Source: Candidatus Wukongarchaeum yapensis | GTDB taxonomy: Archaea; Asgardarchaeota; Wukongarchaeia; Wukongarchaeales; Wukongarchaeaceae | Direction: 5' to 3' | Assembly (NCBI GenBank): GCA_016840425.1 | Contig: JAEOSI010000151.1 | Location: 1 to 5,809, forward strand | Length of the DNA stretch: 5,809 bases | Part shown: one piece after another, positions 5,012 through 5,809 of the stretch | Layout of the letters: the number at the start of each line of letters is the position of its first letter | How positions within the stretch are numbered: the stretch's first letter is position 1 | The notes under the pieces: model-generated | Databases searched by the model: none | Told to the model about the DNA's origin: nothing | The model's input: the letters and a program-made list of their open reading frames with translations, nothing else | Made by a program: the position numbers and the translations under genes

Positions 5012-5809
5012 ATGAGTCTAGGTTTTAAAGGTCGTCATATAATTTCTATTACGGATCTCATGCGAGAGGAAATCGATCATATTTTAAATGTAAGTTCTAA
5101 GATGGAAGAATTTTCCGAGAGTTCCTCAGAAATTTTAAAGGGTAAGATCTTAGCAACTGCGTTTTTCGAACCTAGCACGCGGACGAAGTTAAGTTTTGAA
5201 TCTGCAATGTTCAAGCTTGGTGGTCATGTTATTGGTTTCAGCGATCCACAAAAAGTGTCAGTTGCTAAAGGAGAATGTTTAGCAGATACTATAAGAACAA
5301 TCGCTAACTATGCAGACATAATAGTTTTAAGACACCCAAAAGAAGGTTCTGCAAAGCTGGCAGCAGAAGTTTCCCCCATCCCCATAATTAATGCAGGAAG
5401 CGGACAACAAGAGCATCCGACTCAAGCCCTCCTTGATCTATACACAATCCGTTCTGAATTAGGCAGAATAGAGTCGTTAAAAATCGCGATGTTAGGTGAT
5501 TTAAAATATGGGAGGACAACCCATTCCTTAGCTTATGCCCTTGCAAAATACCCTAACATAGAACTATTTCTAGTATCTCACCCTATGTTAAGGATGCAAA
5601 AAGAAGTTTCAGAAAAATTGAAAGAAAACGGGGTTAAGGTAAAAGAATTAGAAACAATAGATAGCGTCATCAAAGAAATAGACGTCCTCTACGTAACCCG
5701 CGTGCAAGAAGAACGGTTCGTTGACCCAGCGGAATTCGAAAAAGTCAGGGGAACCTACAGACTTGATAGTAGACTTATCGAAAAAACAAAAGACAAAATG
5801 ATAATCATG
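5012..5809 (+). CDS. pyrB: Aspartate carbamoyltransferase catalytic subunit, 3'-truncated by the window edge
   Basis: Manual translation: MSLGFKGRHIISITDL...FFEPSTRTKLSFESAM...KGECLADT...DIIVLRHP...PIINAGSGQQEHPTQALLDLYTI...GDLKYGRTTHSL...DVLYVTRVQEERF. Contains the carbamoyl-phosphate motifs STRT and HPTQ. SD GGAGGA at 4998-5003. Open for 266 codons to the window end; not in the ORF track. Confidence 0.96.
   Translation, partial: MSLGFKGRHIISITDLMREEIDHILNVSSKMEEFSESSSEILKGKILATAFFEPSTRTKLSFESAMFKLGGHVIGFSDPQKVSVAKGECLADTIRTIANYADIIVLRHPKEGSAKLAAEVSPIPIINAGSGQQEHPTQALLDLYTIRSELGRIESLKIAMLGDLKYGRTTHSLAYALAKYPNIELFLVSHPMLRMQKEVSEKLKENGVKVKELETIDSVIKEIDVLYVTRVQEERFVDPAEFEKVRGTYRLDSRLIEKTKDKMIIM

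Noticed and set aside
1-5809. CRISPR array, rRNA or transposase
   Set aside because: No regularly spaced repeats, rRNA-like sequence or transposase-like ORF was seen.

Overview
Archaeal genomic window, probably TACK/Asgard-type: it has ribosomal protein S30e, GGAGGTG-type Shine-Dalgarno sites, a class I HMG-CoA reductase and a tRNA with bulge-helix-bulge (BHB) introns. The + strand carries the 3' end of pyrD, then pyrK, rps30e, elp3, an AT-rich intergenic region, hmgA and the 5' part of pyrB. pyrD and pyrB are truncated by the window edges and missing from the ORF track. Between elp3 and hmgA, on the - strand, is a tRNA-Pro(UGG) gene (3036..3173, encoded CCA) that appears to carry two introns: a 38-nt canonical 37/38 intron with a perfect BHB, and a 23-nt non-canonical D-loop intron. 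The most unusual observation is that the D-loop insertion lies within a diverged tandem duplication of the tRNA's own sequence (18/23 identical, period 23 nt). The duplicated palindrome CTAG supplies the central helix of the splice motif, so this may be a tRNA intron created by tandem duplication. The tRNA has U34 and lies tail-to-tail with elp3, a U34-modifying enzyme, whose conserved ELHVYG motif reads ELRIYG here. All calls come from manual reading; no searches were run.
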